In this document: positions 27,101 to 40,059 of the stretch, in pieces | Layout of the letters: every line of letters begins with the position of its first letter | Numbering within the stretch: position 1 is the stretch's first letter | From: Balanoglossus misakiensis | Taxonomy: Eukaryota; Animalia; Hemichordata | Direction: 5' to 3' | Assembly (NCBI GenBank): GCA_040954595.2 | Contig: CM082584.2 | Coordinates: forward strand, 1,102,281 to 1,166,280 | Length of the DNA stretch: 64,000 nt | Notes under the pieces: generated by a model | What the model was told of the DNA's origin: nothing | The model's database searches: none | What the model saw: only the letters and a program-made list of their open reading frames with translations | Program-made: the position numbers and the translations under genes

Positions 27101-28358
27101 AAGACTAAACTTGCCCTTCTTTGTGATTAAAGCATGACCGGCCTGTCTTAGGTGGCCCCTACCTAGGGGCTTTACCCGTCATTGGCTCACAGTCTGAGAA
27201 ATCAGCTCTGCAGGGAAGTTAACGATGTAACCCACCATTAAAGCTTGGATTTCCGCTTTTTGTATTTGATGCCTGGCTGAGGCCTTCTTAGGATCTACCC
27301 AACGCTGAGTAGGCTATCCCGTCATTGGCACACAGTCTCAGGGAGGGAGTCAAAAGTTCAGTATACCATCAAAGCCTTTATATTGTCCATTCTTTTTAAG
27401 AGAAGGCTGGCTGCTGTAGAAAAATGTTGATCTCAAATTTATCATGTCCAAAAAGCCAGACTTCCAGCCCTATTGGTTAGGCTGGCATTAGGTAAGTACA
27501 TAATTAATGAGGCAAGACATAATACTCAATCAAATAGTTCCATCACTCCAAGTGTCAAGGTTGTATCTGCTCCGGATGCTAAAATATAGGAATGTAGGTC
27601 AAAGTTTACCCAAGATCACACAAATGTTTGTCAAAAGATTTTGACCCCGAAGTTGTCCATGTCCAGGTTTCTACTTCAGCTGAATAGCCTAGAATTAGAT
27701 ATGCACATATTTAACGAGGTTACCATTGCTCAGGGGGGTCTTAAATTAACCATCAAATTTTAGTTTCATATTAATGCATATTAATATAAAACACTGTATC
27801 TCTAACCCTACAGGTAAGCCTAGAATTAGGTACATGTACATGCGTAAGTTTTTGACAAGACAGTTAAGCTGTAATATATGTACATGAACCTTGACAATTG
27901 ACTTAAAATAACATAAAGGCAGAACTGATACTGATTGGAGATAGATATTACTTATGACAGTGATGTTAATTACACCAGGAATGTTTGTCTTAGTATACGG
28001 TAGCTAACCGACTGCTTGAGGTTAAGTAATGAAAGTGCCCACTTGCGATTCACCTTCAAATAGCTACTTAGTCTTTGGTACATGTACATTGTTTTTCCAA
28101 TGATTAGACAAAGGATATACATACGTGTAATTAAGGTTGGGTAGCATTTTCAATGTAATAAGCCCTGCCTTCACTATAATCTTACACCAAATCAACACTG
28201 TTCAGTAATGTGATAGGCTTCAAAGCGACGCTAGTTACATCATAATTCCCAGCAAGGGGTATTAGTTTATTGGGCAAGTGGCATGAGTGAGGCCAGACAT
28301 TAGTTTTGGAAGCAAAGCGGACAGAACACTGCCGGGCATAGACTAGGTAGTTCTGAAT

Positions 28359-29746
28359 AGTCATGTTTCATAAGTCAGGTCCATGACATATGTACCGACA
28401 TCTGTGATTGGTCCATCTGGTAATCTTAGGTCCACTTGAGGCACGGTGATTGGAGGGACCTTATGTGTTAGGTCTTATTATTATGTATTATTCACTAGAC
28501 CTTGTAGGTTAGGTCTTATTACTATGTATTATTCACTTTACAGCTCCCTGATTGGTTAATGTGTAGGTCTCCAATTTTCACTGCCTCGTTATGCAAAGTC
28601 TTTTGTCCTTCTGAATACAGTTGTCGTATTCTGTCTGGCATGCTGCCTGCGCGTTGTCGAAGCTCGATCCCAGTGTATAAAGAAAGGCACTCATATAATG
28701 ATTGGATTTAACCTTTCCTTCACTATTCATGGCATTTTTTTGTGATACTGTGAACTAGATACTCGAAATAAAAATTGCCAGGAGAATTTTTTTATTTTAT
28801 TTCCAGTGGCGGTTTGTTGAAATGGGCTAGTGTTTTGTTACGTAATGCTTTTCAGCGCATCACTTCGTGTAACACCTGGCTGAATACGAAGTGTGTGCTA
28901 TTCATTCGAGCAAACCAAAAATATCTTACAATAGAACTGTTTAGAATAGCATTGCATTTCTTTAATTGGGATACCTCATTAGTTGCTTTACAGGTATGAT
29001 TACTTTTATTGTACTTCTTTCACGAAGCTGCACCGTCATAGTTCCATTTTTATGAAAACAATATACGAATGTATAAACAGACAACATACTCCTTTTCACA
29101 ACATCTACGTCAAAACAAATTTACTTTAAAATAGTAAAACAACAATAATAATATTGATGATGAGAAGTAGGAGGGTGATTTAAGAAAATATACAACTGTT
29201 AGCAAAAATGCTTAGATGTGTTAATCAGATTTTCAAAGTCCATCTAAAAATCATTTAATCTTTCCAGGGTGCGGTTTATGTTGGAGATAGTATCAGTCAG
29301 GCTATTTCTCAGAAAATTAATGAATGATCTGCGGACATCCCGAATAATGTGTTACCACAACGCTAGCCAGGAAGCACATGGGACATTTCACAATGAGGCA
29401 GTGAACACTGGGAGACCAGACTGACACGTTAACCAATCAGGGAGCTGTATGGTGAATAAATACATATTAATATGACCTAACCTACAAGGTCCTGTATTAT
29501 GAGGCAGTGAACACATGGGGGACCAGACTGACACGTTAACCAATCAGGGAGCTGTAAAGCGAAAAATGCATAGTAATAAGACCTAACCTACAAGGTCTAG
29601 TGAATAATACATAATAATAAGACCTAACCTACAAGGTCCCTCCAATCAGCGTGCCGCAAGTGGACCTAAGAGAAGCGGATAAACCAATCAAAACATGCAA
29701 TACATGTGTATAGGACGTGTAATGTAGGTCATTTTGAAACAGGACT
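28359..29746. mobile_element. Long-TIR non-autonomous DNA element, left arm only, AAT TSD
   Basis: GAAT|AGTCATGTTTCA...TGAAACAGGACT|AAT; TIRs over 200 bp with an internal duplication on the right. Empty site TCTGAATGTGACC on the reverse strand of the other arm at ~45320. Confidence 0.75.
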
Positions 29747-30764
29747 AATGTGACCATGGACGTTACCACATTAGACTCTGTATTGTAAGTTTCTGAAGAA
29801 TCGCAAAAAATCATCAACAGTCTACATGTACTTCAACCTTGTGAGAAGTACTGTATAACACACAGGATATACTAGTCACTGTTGGTCAGGTTATTACACA
29901 CTGTGGTCCCATCTGGGGATTACACAAAATTAGGTATGTCTGTGTTCATGGGAAAAATCATGTGACATTGGCAAGCAGATATGACCTTCTGTAAGAACAT
30001 TTCAAAGGAACCAGACAAGTATTTTAGGGAAAACAACATTCAACAATGACAAAAACTGCCTCAAACCACATCTATCCAACTATCAACAAATTGTATAATA
30101 TCTACTTCAATCACCACGCCTACCAAAGTTGAAAGCAATCTGACTAGTAGTTTCAAAGAATACAAATTGCAAAAATTGCCCCAAGACCACAATATGTAAA
30201 TTTCACCAAAATGATATACAACATTACTTGGGTTACCTCTTGGAACAAGCATACCAAAATTTAAAAGAAATCTAAGGAGTTTCTCAGAAAATGAATTTTG
30301 ACCAAAAATGACAGATTACAAATTCTGCGACAATTTAAACAAAACCAACTATGATCACCTACCGGAAGTGTCATACTAAATTCTAAAGAAATCAGCCAAT
30401 CTCTTTAAGAGGAAAAGATTTTTTTTCAAATGGTAAAACAAGACAAAATAATTGCATAAAAAATAGACAATTCACGATATAAACTCAAAGTATATCAGGT
30501 ATGATGACATTACCTACATGCATACAAATGTTCAAAGCAGTCTAACCAGTTGTTGAGTTTTGATCAATTCCACATATTTCACAGGTTATTTGCGTATTTT
30601 TGCAATGACAACTTCATTTAAGCAAAATCCCATCTACACACCAAAATAAAAAAAGCGTGGTTTCATGTTTTGGATCAGGGCAGACATACATCCATATATA
30701 CATGTAACATGCAGACACACATGTACACACACACACAAACACATGCATACATGGCTGCATACAT

Positions 30765-30809
30765 ACATACATACATACATACATACATACATACATACAT
30801 ACATACATA
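30765..30809. repeat. (TACA)n microsatellite
   Basis: About 11 TACA units. Confidence 0.95.
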
Positions 30810-30857
30810 GGGAAACGGTCTGGTAATCAATGTTGTGACACTAGCATTAGGCCTTAA

Positions 30858-31312
30858 ACCCCGGTGCGGAAAGTACTGGGGTTCGGATTAACGTGTGTTT
30901 GTACAGTTGTTTATTTGGGAGTGGTCGTCGTGCATAATAACTGTGTAATTGATCTCATGTACATAGAAAATAATTGAACACTTTACACCTCTATGCGATT
31001 GACAGCTGTTTGAATGGCGTGGTTATTGTTTCCCAGGGATGCTTCTGAAAAGCACTGAAACCAGATTTCTCCCAAAATCATCGTTGTTTCAAAAGCTCGT
31101 GTACTTTTTCATCGATAACTTTATGTTGTGTGTGTTTATAAAGCCAACCACTGTCGTTGTGTGGTGTAATTCTTTATGCTTGGATCTGTTTGGGCCGATT
31201 TTCATAGAGCCAAGATCGTTAGAGCCAAGATCGTTGGTGTTGTCTGTTGTCAGTCAAACGGCATTAAGATTCGCCACTGATTTGGGGGGTCTTTTATACC
31301 ACGCATCGGGGT
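30858..31312. mobile_element. TTAA-targeting MITE, left arm only
   Basis: TTAA|ACCCCGGTGCG...CGCATCGGGGT|TTAA; empty site with a single TTAA in the mirror arm at ~41087 and ~44207. Confidence 0.85.
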
Positions 31313-34029
31313 TTAATGTTTACGATATCAGGACAATTTATATCATATGAAGTTTTATGTATTCATAATTATTCAGAGAAGCAAATTTTTAAAAATGTGA
31401 AATTGTTATCAATCGGATGTGCACTGACAGCATGCTTATATGGAATACAGGTACTCTAACACAATCAGTCATAACACTTTTGAATCATCAATAAATAACA
31501 TATAGAATAATTTTACAGGATTTAATTATTTATATTTGAACGCAAAGCGTAAATTCCCTTGTGCCATGGAATTCACAATCTGCAACTGGTGGGGTCCTTC
31601 TGCCAGTAAGAAGCATCAGATAAATTCTGCATGCTCATCACCGAGGCAATTTAGGTGTACTTTTGTACTTTGAGAACTGTCGGTTTTCGCAACTGAAACT
31701 CTGCTCACAGGACGGAGGAAAAACTAGAATGACAACAGCTATGTAAGCTAACAAAAGAAACACAGAGCATAGTTCTCCATACTCATATTTTAATGCAATA
31801 ATTTTTGCTGAAATTGGGGCGTCCGTGGGCAGGCAAAGGCAGTTCTAACTCAACTTGCAAATCAGGCCCATGTCTCTTGTTCCCTGAGACTGTCTGGTTC
31901 TAATAATAGCTGTAAGAACATAATCGTTGACCAAAGGGTTGGTTCAATTTTGCAACATTTTATGATTTCAAGCTGTGCAATATTTGCAACTCTGTTTCAA
32001 CTTTGGTTGGAGGGATGATGATGAAGCCATTTCACTGACAAAATAGCACTACTAACTGACATCCATATTTGTTTACAGTCAAATGCATTGCCATCAGAAA
32101 AATGCATACGAAAAAATTCTTATGTGAATAATACACACTTTCTTGCACAACTGCAAACTCTGTCACATTTGTGAAATTTTAAGGAAATTCATTCATTGGG
32201 TAGCTTTATGAATTCTTAAACAAACTTAGTCATGAAACCTAAATGGTTACCGTACACATCTGGCGGCTCGACTTCTGTGATATGATAGTCTTCAATTAAT
32301 GTGTATGTGATTCCATACAAATCCATATGATTACCTGAACGTACAAAATAAATAAAAAATAAAAAATAAATTAAAAATAAATAAGTATCTCATACATATG
32401 CATAAGTGCTTGTGATAAATATATCCTGTATTTAAATAAACCTGTCATTTATTGACCTCGTTTTCCTATTAACCCAAAGGACTAGATTGCACTGTAATAT
32501 TATTACAGCTTCATTTCAATGCAACAGGTACACTACATCATATTGGAGCAAATATGCCAGCTCAACATTGATATAAAGAGTGTCAAAATATTGGTGGCTA
32601 CAAAAGCTTGTGTCCCTTCAATCCATCCTCGCACTCAGGTGAAAACGAACGTCATTAGTTTTTGGGAAAAAACCTCTGAAATCAATTTCGGTGAGGCCAA
32701 ATGTGTTCCAAAGGCAAACCGTTTCTGGTAAACAAATCAATGGCAAATAATTACTTCGGCGACATACCAATCAGTCAACATGGCTGCCTAATCGTTGGAT
32801 AGCCCGGTTTCATCTCGCGATCATTCTGTCTTCCGATATGGCGTTGCATGGTTAAATTCGTCTCTTCTTTGCCGACATAGTCAGGCGACAGCGGTCCAGA
32901 AGCATAGGCAGCGACGCCATCTTGTTTACAATGTGAAGTATCGACTGCGCATGCTCAATAATTTTCCGCGTTTTTTTTTTGCCAACGGCGCGCGCGCGGT
33001 GTCTGGTATAGAGAAAATAACATGCAAGTGCGCGATTATTCATTTGTAAAAAATCAGTTATACATTTGTCATCAACGTTTGAAAACTTTCAATGATCTTA
33101 CCTCGGTAAGCATTTCAAATAGGTACATTTTTATTTAGAACCATCGTATGTGGAAAATAATAAAACATAGAGTGGGGATTGGCCCTATGTTTGACTTGAT
33201 CATACCCAGCTCGGTTTGCGTTTTGTCATTGACGAGGGTGTCAGACTTTTGCTGAGAGAGTGAGTTTCTATAGCGTAAACGTTTATCGACTGGACTTTCT
33301 GTGCGCCAACAATTACATTATTTGTGGCCGGGGAACACGTGCAACTTTTGATGACTGTTTTTCTAGCGCCGTGTTTTTATCTTACGACCTAGAATACCTG
33401 CTTTCGTCACCATGGTCTGCTTTGCACGTACTATGCTTTCCAGTTTATGTAGCTTGAAGTTGTACCACATTTTGGTTTCCGAGCTGTAGCGAACATAATA
33501 CTATATGAAACTAATAGCTACGTGTTGACCGCAGCGACTGCGTGTTTTTTTGTTGTATTCCCAACCTACAGTTTATTCTCATGCAGCTCAGACTGAGGTC
33601 GCTTCTAAGAGAAAAAACAACAGCATATTTTGGCTGCTGCCAGACCAGGAATGGAAAATCTTGAGTGGCGCTGGGCTGCATTTCTCTGTAGGACTGTAGT
33701 TGTATTGTTCAAGGGTTCGCCAGCATCGCCTTCAGACTTGTTGTCATAGTCACTGGTGGCGGTTTGTCCTGCACTACTCGTCGTTCTATTTGATGTGGTG
33801 GTATTATTCCCAGATGTCTGTGCCGAGGATCCTGCCCGTTTTCCGATTCTCTTCGTTTTGTCGGCCATTTGCTTCACTTTTTCTGTCATTGTTGCGACGT
33901 CAGTCTCTGTTGTTGTTCGAAGGAGGCGAAAGTCCATTCACCATTAATAGCCGAATTTCCAAGATCGTCCGTTAATTACAATGCGACGTCACGCTACCAT
34001 GTCCTAAGAAAGACTACAGGGCACATTTT

Positions 34030-34192
34030 TTTATCTCGTGCGCACGACTTACGTGTGCATGTGATATTTTCTCGTGAACACGAGTGCGCTCGCAATTTTC
34101 TCGTGCGCACGAGATATGCACGAGATAGCATGTTTCTCGTGCACACGAGAAAACATCTCGCTGGAACAAGATACTATCTCTTGCACAAGAAA
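34030..34192. repeat. Cluster of short palindromes TCTCGTGCGCACGAGA (MITE-like remnant)
   Basis: Several exact or degenerate CTCGTG..CACGAG copies. Confidence 0.65.
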
Positions 34193-36696
34193 TAGAATAA
34201 CTGGCAGCCACTATGATGTCTGCCACAGGCAAATTTAAATATTCCACTCTGGATCTTCTTTCAGCCCTTCGGAAAACATGAGCATTTATGAAATCCGGCT
34301 CTCAATTTTTCGAGAAGTTCCAGCAGTTGTGGTGTCGCCAAAAACGAATGTATGCCATTCCTGGCGGAAAAAAATATGCAAGAGACGCTTGCAATACACT
34401 GCCATCTACCTGACCGCCCTACATGCCTTAATGTAAGGTAGAAGGTCGGGCGGTAGGAAGAGTTCACCAAAAGAGGGCGCATTTTATCATCCATTGATTT
34501 ATACTGTGTACGAGCAGAGAAGCCTCAGTGTTCGCGGTTAGAACCGTATCGGTAAGACAAAGACAGAAGAGTTGACAGACAGCAAACCTATTCAGTTTAT
34601 ATAATATAATTCTTACTGTAAAACGTTCCCTGAATAAAGCCTTGTGCTCATAAGAACATTGAAGATTGTCGCATACAGACCGACACCCTTTTATCTATTG
34701 TAGGTATTGAATAGAACGCTAAATACCTGTGTATTTCTTATTCATTAAGCAATGATGTAACACAACAAGTTTCGGACAGTGTGAAGAAAGGGCCAAAGCA
34801 CTCTTGCAAGTTAGTGTTGTGTACTCTTTTCCAACACTGCTGCAAGCTGTTCAGCACCTGATGCTGCTTGTATCTCCGATGACAAATGGACAGTCTGTGT
34901 GCTGTCAAAGTAAATCCATCAATTTTGCGGAGCTGAAAGGAAAATGACAGCTTGTCAAACTCAAATCTGCCAGACGAAATAGGGAAAGAAATGCATAACA
35001 GGTAATCCACCATAGTATGAATTTTAGCCAGCATCCTATGAAATGCGGTGAAACGGAACTGCAATTAATTTTAAATGAATTCTGCTCAAATTGTTTTGTT
35101 AGTTCTCAACATTGGATTGGAACCGTTAAATATATTGTACCGTATAACATTATCATACAGGTTAGTATGTCAAATATTTTTCCATTTGGCATTTTCTTCT
35201 TGAGGTCATTTCAACAGTATGCACACCACAGTTTGTGAGATATGGACAGAAACAAACAGGAATCTATGCAATGTTATAATAGTATATTATTGTTAACAAG
35301 AAAGCGGCAACTCTCTGCCTGGCAGAGAATAATGATAGTCTTTTTGAAAAAAAGGGCGTGCTGAGGATATGGTCAGTCAAAAACATACATGTATAAGGTA
35401 TGCCTGAACTAATTTTTAACATGGTGTACATAAATATTTATGCATTGTCACAATGACTGGAGGTCTTTAAATGACCAAGCTGTATGGACACCTCATTCAA
35501 TGTTACATATATTTGTTATTACATGTTTATTGAAATTGCCAGTTGTCTGTTTTAATTCTGGCAGTTCTGCTGTGTCTTTTGTCTTGCCCTGACAGAATGC
35601 AGTAATATTTGCAGTACAAGAGGAGTGTCAGTAAATAGTGGAGCAATATCTTTCTACGAATGTACTCATGCATTGCTCCAAAGTGAAGTACATTCGCAAA
35701 ACCAGTTTGGGAAATCGGGACTCTTTTCAAGATAATACCACATTTTTGTGGATGTCACATGACATGGAAACACTCTAGAATCACGATTGAGATAAGGTTT
35801 CGGTTTGATATACCACTTCCTTGTTATTTCAATCTGTATGTTTTCTTAACCCCCTCCCTCGAAAAAAGGTAATTGAGGTAATTGTAAAATTACCTGAAAA
35901 CAAACAGGCTACTCTAGCCTCCATTTTATGAGGTTTGTGATGTAACATATTTTGAATTTCGTGAATCGATCAAAAGTTTCCGTGCACCAACTATCAAAAC
36001 TATACCAACAAATAATTTGGGCAATTCATAAGGAGAATCTAGTGGGTCAGCGGCTATAGAACTGACGTAAGTGTAAGTATCAGAGGATTGTGGGTACGAG
36101 GCTGGGAAGAGCAAAACTCGAACACTCATGAAATCTACACGTGACGCCAAATTCTTTGTAATATGAACAGTGGAAAACTGCCATGCCATCCCTCTAAGTG
36201 CAAACTTCCAAAGATTTCAATCTGGTGATATTTAAAAAAAAATATTTTATTCAAATTCATGTGGTGATATTTAAAAAAAAATATTTTATTCAAATTCATG
36301 TTATAAATTAAACTTGCATCTATGATATAGAAATGACTCTGTCTTATATAACAAAAATACAAATAACTTGGTTAGATGACCAAAGATTTCCCATCTCGAA
36401 AAGTTTCTACCAAAATGACTAACTCCAAATCTGCTAAGAGAGCCCTAGCAAATTTAATCACTGCACATTACTCTCGATAAAACGAAATATTGCGCATTCA
36501 TTTTGTCCTTGAATTGAAATGCATGGCCAGTGTTCATAGACTTCACACACACAGGATGTTTAAGGAGTTGAATTGTTATTGACAGCGACCAGGTCGGTAG
36601 ATTCTATAGGATGAAGAAAAAATGAAAAGACAGTCAGTACATAGCTAAATTCTCCTATACAAGGGCGTCTTCAATTGGTACAGTGACTGACTGAAT

Positions 36697-36740
36697 GGAT
36701 GAATGAATGAATGAATGAATGAATGAATGAATGAATGATG
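36697..36740. repeat. (TGAA)n microsatellite
   Basis: Repeated TGAA units. Confidence 0.95.
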
Positions 36741-37809
36741 AACGGATGAGTCGTAATAATATGCTTCAATCATAGGGGCTTTGAAAATTATTAAAATAAA
36801 ATAAAAAATAATGTACTCACAACCGACATTTATACAACAGACAGCTCAAGAAACTCCTCCATGTGTACAATACTTTGCCAATTTAGTGACAACATCAGCT
36901 TGCAGAGCACGTGAGCACCGCTTTCGCCAGCCTGTGGTGCCCGCATATCTTTTTTGTTCAGCAGTAACATGCACGACACATGCAGAGACACAAACGTCCA
37001 TGTTGCAAATTGTAGATGAAAGCATCAGCTGCGCTGGTTTTATGGTCAGCATCACTGGCTGTTACATGAAAACTGTTTGTCACATACGTTAACCAACATA
37101 TACGTGTATCTGTATGGAAAGAAAGTAGGCTCACCCCCGGTACAGTATTATTTTTTTTGCATGCACGCAATGGAATTTGCTAAACTGGGATCATCTGCGC
37201 GCATTTCAAAACGTGCTCGTTGCTTAACTTCGCGTGCTTTACTACTCACAATTATTCCACTTGTGAACGAACACGTCACCCAATTTTACAGTGTAGCCAT
37301 GTGGAAAACCGGTGACAAGGTAATATTTCATTCGAAGATCAACCTACGTTCAGAAAGTTTGCATTGTGGTGAATTCTCACTGCTCTCGCAATGCGGTCTG
37401 TGGCTCACTGCCGCAGACCGCATTACACGTAGAAATAAATTCTGTACGTCACAGTTCGTAGGTCGCATAGGTCATGGAGTTAATCCATTATACATTGCGG
37501 CTTACAATTTCTCGTGACCCTCTTATCATGCAGCTTGTGTGTTACTGACCACTGACGCATGTCAAAACACTCAATATTTTTTTTAAATTTGCAAAATCTT
37601 TCATTTTAAAGTTATGATACTCACTGCAGATAGCATTCTTTTCAGTAGGAACTATTTCTGCTGCCATTTCAATATTGTCTGTATTCCATGTAAATATATT
37701 TCCTCCAATTGAACAGTCCCCCGCCAGAGCTGCAACCTCTTCTGCAGTCAGAACTTTTGACCACATGTATGTCATTTAGTCAAGACAATTTGGGAGAACT
37801 GTAGTTTAA

Positions 37810-38174
37810 AGCCTCCAAAGCTGCCACTTTTTGCATTATTTTCATGATTTTATTTTCCAACTTAAATTGGTTCATCAAAATAAGCTTACTGATAGGTATA
37901 CATAAACATCTTATCGATGCCCGATTGTGACTGCATGTTGCAATTGGAACATGCTATGTATTAAAACGGTGCCTCACCGATTTAATCAGCCTTCATACAA
38001 ACAATAGCAGCTAAGCAGCTATCGTGAAATGCGACGCCAAGTGATGACAAACCAATGCAAATGCAAGTAATATGGCTTAATGGTCACGGGTGAAGATTTT
38101 AGGGAATAGGGAATATACATATGAAGTATTTTACTCTGGAAAAAAATATGCCAATTTTAGCAGCTATAGGGTTT
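37810..38174. mobile_element. Kolobok-like MITE (TTAA TSD); relatives at ~26050-26340 and ~47340-47650
   Basis: TTAA|AGCCTCCAAAGCTGC...GCAGCTATAGGGTTT|TTAA; interior similar to 47340-47600. Confidence 0.5.
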
Positions 38175-40059
38175 TTAAAGCGCGGGCGAAGTATGAACAG
38201 ATGCAGTAAATATCGATACATTGTATTTTGGAGGTTTCTCATAACCATGATTGGTTGGCTAATTATGCGGCGTTTTCTAAATAAAAGGAACAATATTAAT
38301 TTATTGTTGGGGCTCACCTCCGTTAACATCTTGCCGTCTCTGCTGAGTTTTGGCCTCTTCCAGCGGCACGTGTTTGTCCTTTAGGGCATGCTGTAAAATA
38401 TTTAGAATAGCGCTGCCATTTGATCAAAGGATAAGCTGGCTTCGCGTGTTAGGGATGTGTGTCTGACGACTATGCCTCGAAGCAAAAGACACAGCCGACC
38501 CTGCCACGCATATTCATTTGTTGTGTCACACATTTTCGATCCAAGAAGAGAATATCAACCTTGACGTTGCGAAAATGACAAGAAACTTTCACTCATATAG
38601 GTTGTGTGATTACTTACCCGCAACTTGTTGGGAATTGCTGTCACCAGAGGTGCCCACAGCGTGAAAGCCAGAATGACTGCGACGCCTGCATTGGATTCGT
38701 CATGAATGGAAACATCGATGAACACGTTCGGTCTTCGATGAGGCTAGTGTCCACAGAATAGGCATTCTTTTATAACGCAGCTGGGAGGTGGTAAATCCAT
38801 TGTGATTACCATGCTATTAGTAGCCCAAGCAGTCAAACTTTGCGAAAAATATATAAATATGGAAAAATATATCAATGGGATCAATAGTTATTAAGCACTT
38901 TTTAAAAACAAATGACACCGTAAGATCAATTATCTTGTTTTCCGCGACAAGTTTCAACATGGTATGTCAGCGCTACCAGTGAATAATATTATTAGAAACT
39001 ATGACAGCTGTAACCGTGCGATTAATGATTTGATCAATTTTAATCATATACTTGTAAATATTTGCGCGGGTGCTGGTTTAATAAACTGTGTTGATATATA
39101 GGTGGAAGACTGTTTAGTTTTCCAGTCAATTATGTGATGTATTACGCCTGACGCTTAAATGATTTGGTCCAGGGAGAATAACCGCGTTTGGCCGGTCAAG
39201 CGAACCCTGGATCTTGCAGGCTCTGCCCACTTTCCAATCAACAACCATTGAGCATGCGCAGTTGATACTTCACATTGTAAACAAGATGGCGTCGCTGTAT
39301 ATGCTTCTGGACCGCTGTCGCCCGACTATGTCGGCAAAGAAGAGACGAATTTAACCAAGCAACGCCATATCGGAAGATAGAATGATCGCGAGATGAAACC
39401 GGGATATCCAACGATTTGGCAGCCATGTTGATTGATTGGTAAGTCGCCGAAGTAACTATTTGCCATTGATTTGTTTACCAGAAACGGTTTGCCTTTGGAA
39501 CACATTTGACCTCACCGAAATTGATTTCAGAGTTTTTTCCCAAGAACTAATGACGTTCGTTTTCACCTTTCTGTCCCGAAGTTGCAAACGTGTTGTCTCT
39601 GAGAAAATAAATGTGATTTGTACCCGCGATAATCATAGTTCGGATTTCAACCCACAACATCAACGCCAGCCATTCACCAACATGTGCCAGATAATGTTTA
39701 TCAGTCATATTTTCTCAGTCTGAATTTACAAAAGACTAATTGTATATTATGCACATTGCAATTTTAATATGTAACACGTTTGACCTGAGTGGGAGAATGG
39801 ATTGAAGGGACACAAGCTTTTGTAGCCACTTATATTTTGACACTGTTTATATAAATGTTGAGCTGGCATATTTGTTCCCTTATGATGTAGTGTACCTGTT
39901 GCATTGAAATGAAGCTGTAATATTAAAGTGCAATTTAGTCCTTTGGTTTACTGGGAAAATGAGGTCAATAAATGACAGGTTTATTTAGATATATGATATA
40001 TTTCTCACAAGCACTTATGCATATGTATGAGATACTTATTTATTTTTAATTTATGTATT

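Larger units (their letters stand above)
22893..32959 (+). repeat. Left arm of a giant imperfect inverted repeat
   Basis: Collinear reverse-complement matches to 39247-53540, e.g. 22893/53540, 24410-24570/52270-52455, 26930-27500/46160-46740, 32640-32959/39247-39567. Confidence 0.9.
35894..38774 (-). pseudogene. Decayed spliced gene for a secreted protein (signal peptide, pentraxin C-terminus, possible C-type-lectin-like exon)
   Basis: TATAAAA at 38774-38768. Exon ending 38618|GTAAGT encodes AVILAFTLWAPLVTAIPNKLR. Exon 38390-38318 has TTTTACAG|..|GTGAGC. Exon ~37775-37625|GTGAGT encodes MWSKVLTAEEVAALAGDCSIGGNIFTW. Further donors at 36821 (GTGAGT) and ~35894. No in-frame ATG; stops present. 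Confidence 0.55.

Noticed and set aside
36223-36300. 39-bp direct duplication (similar small duplication at 9021-9096)
   Set aside because: Ordinary local slippage with no further structure.
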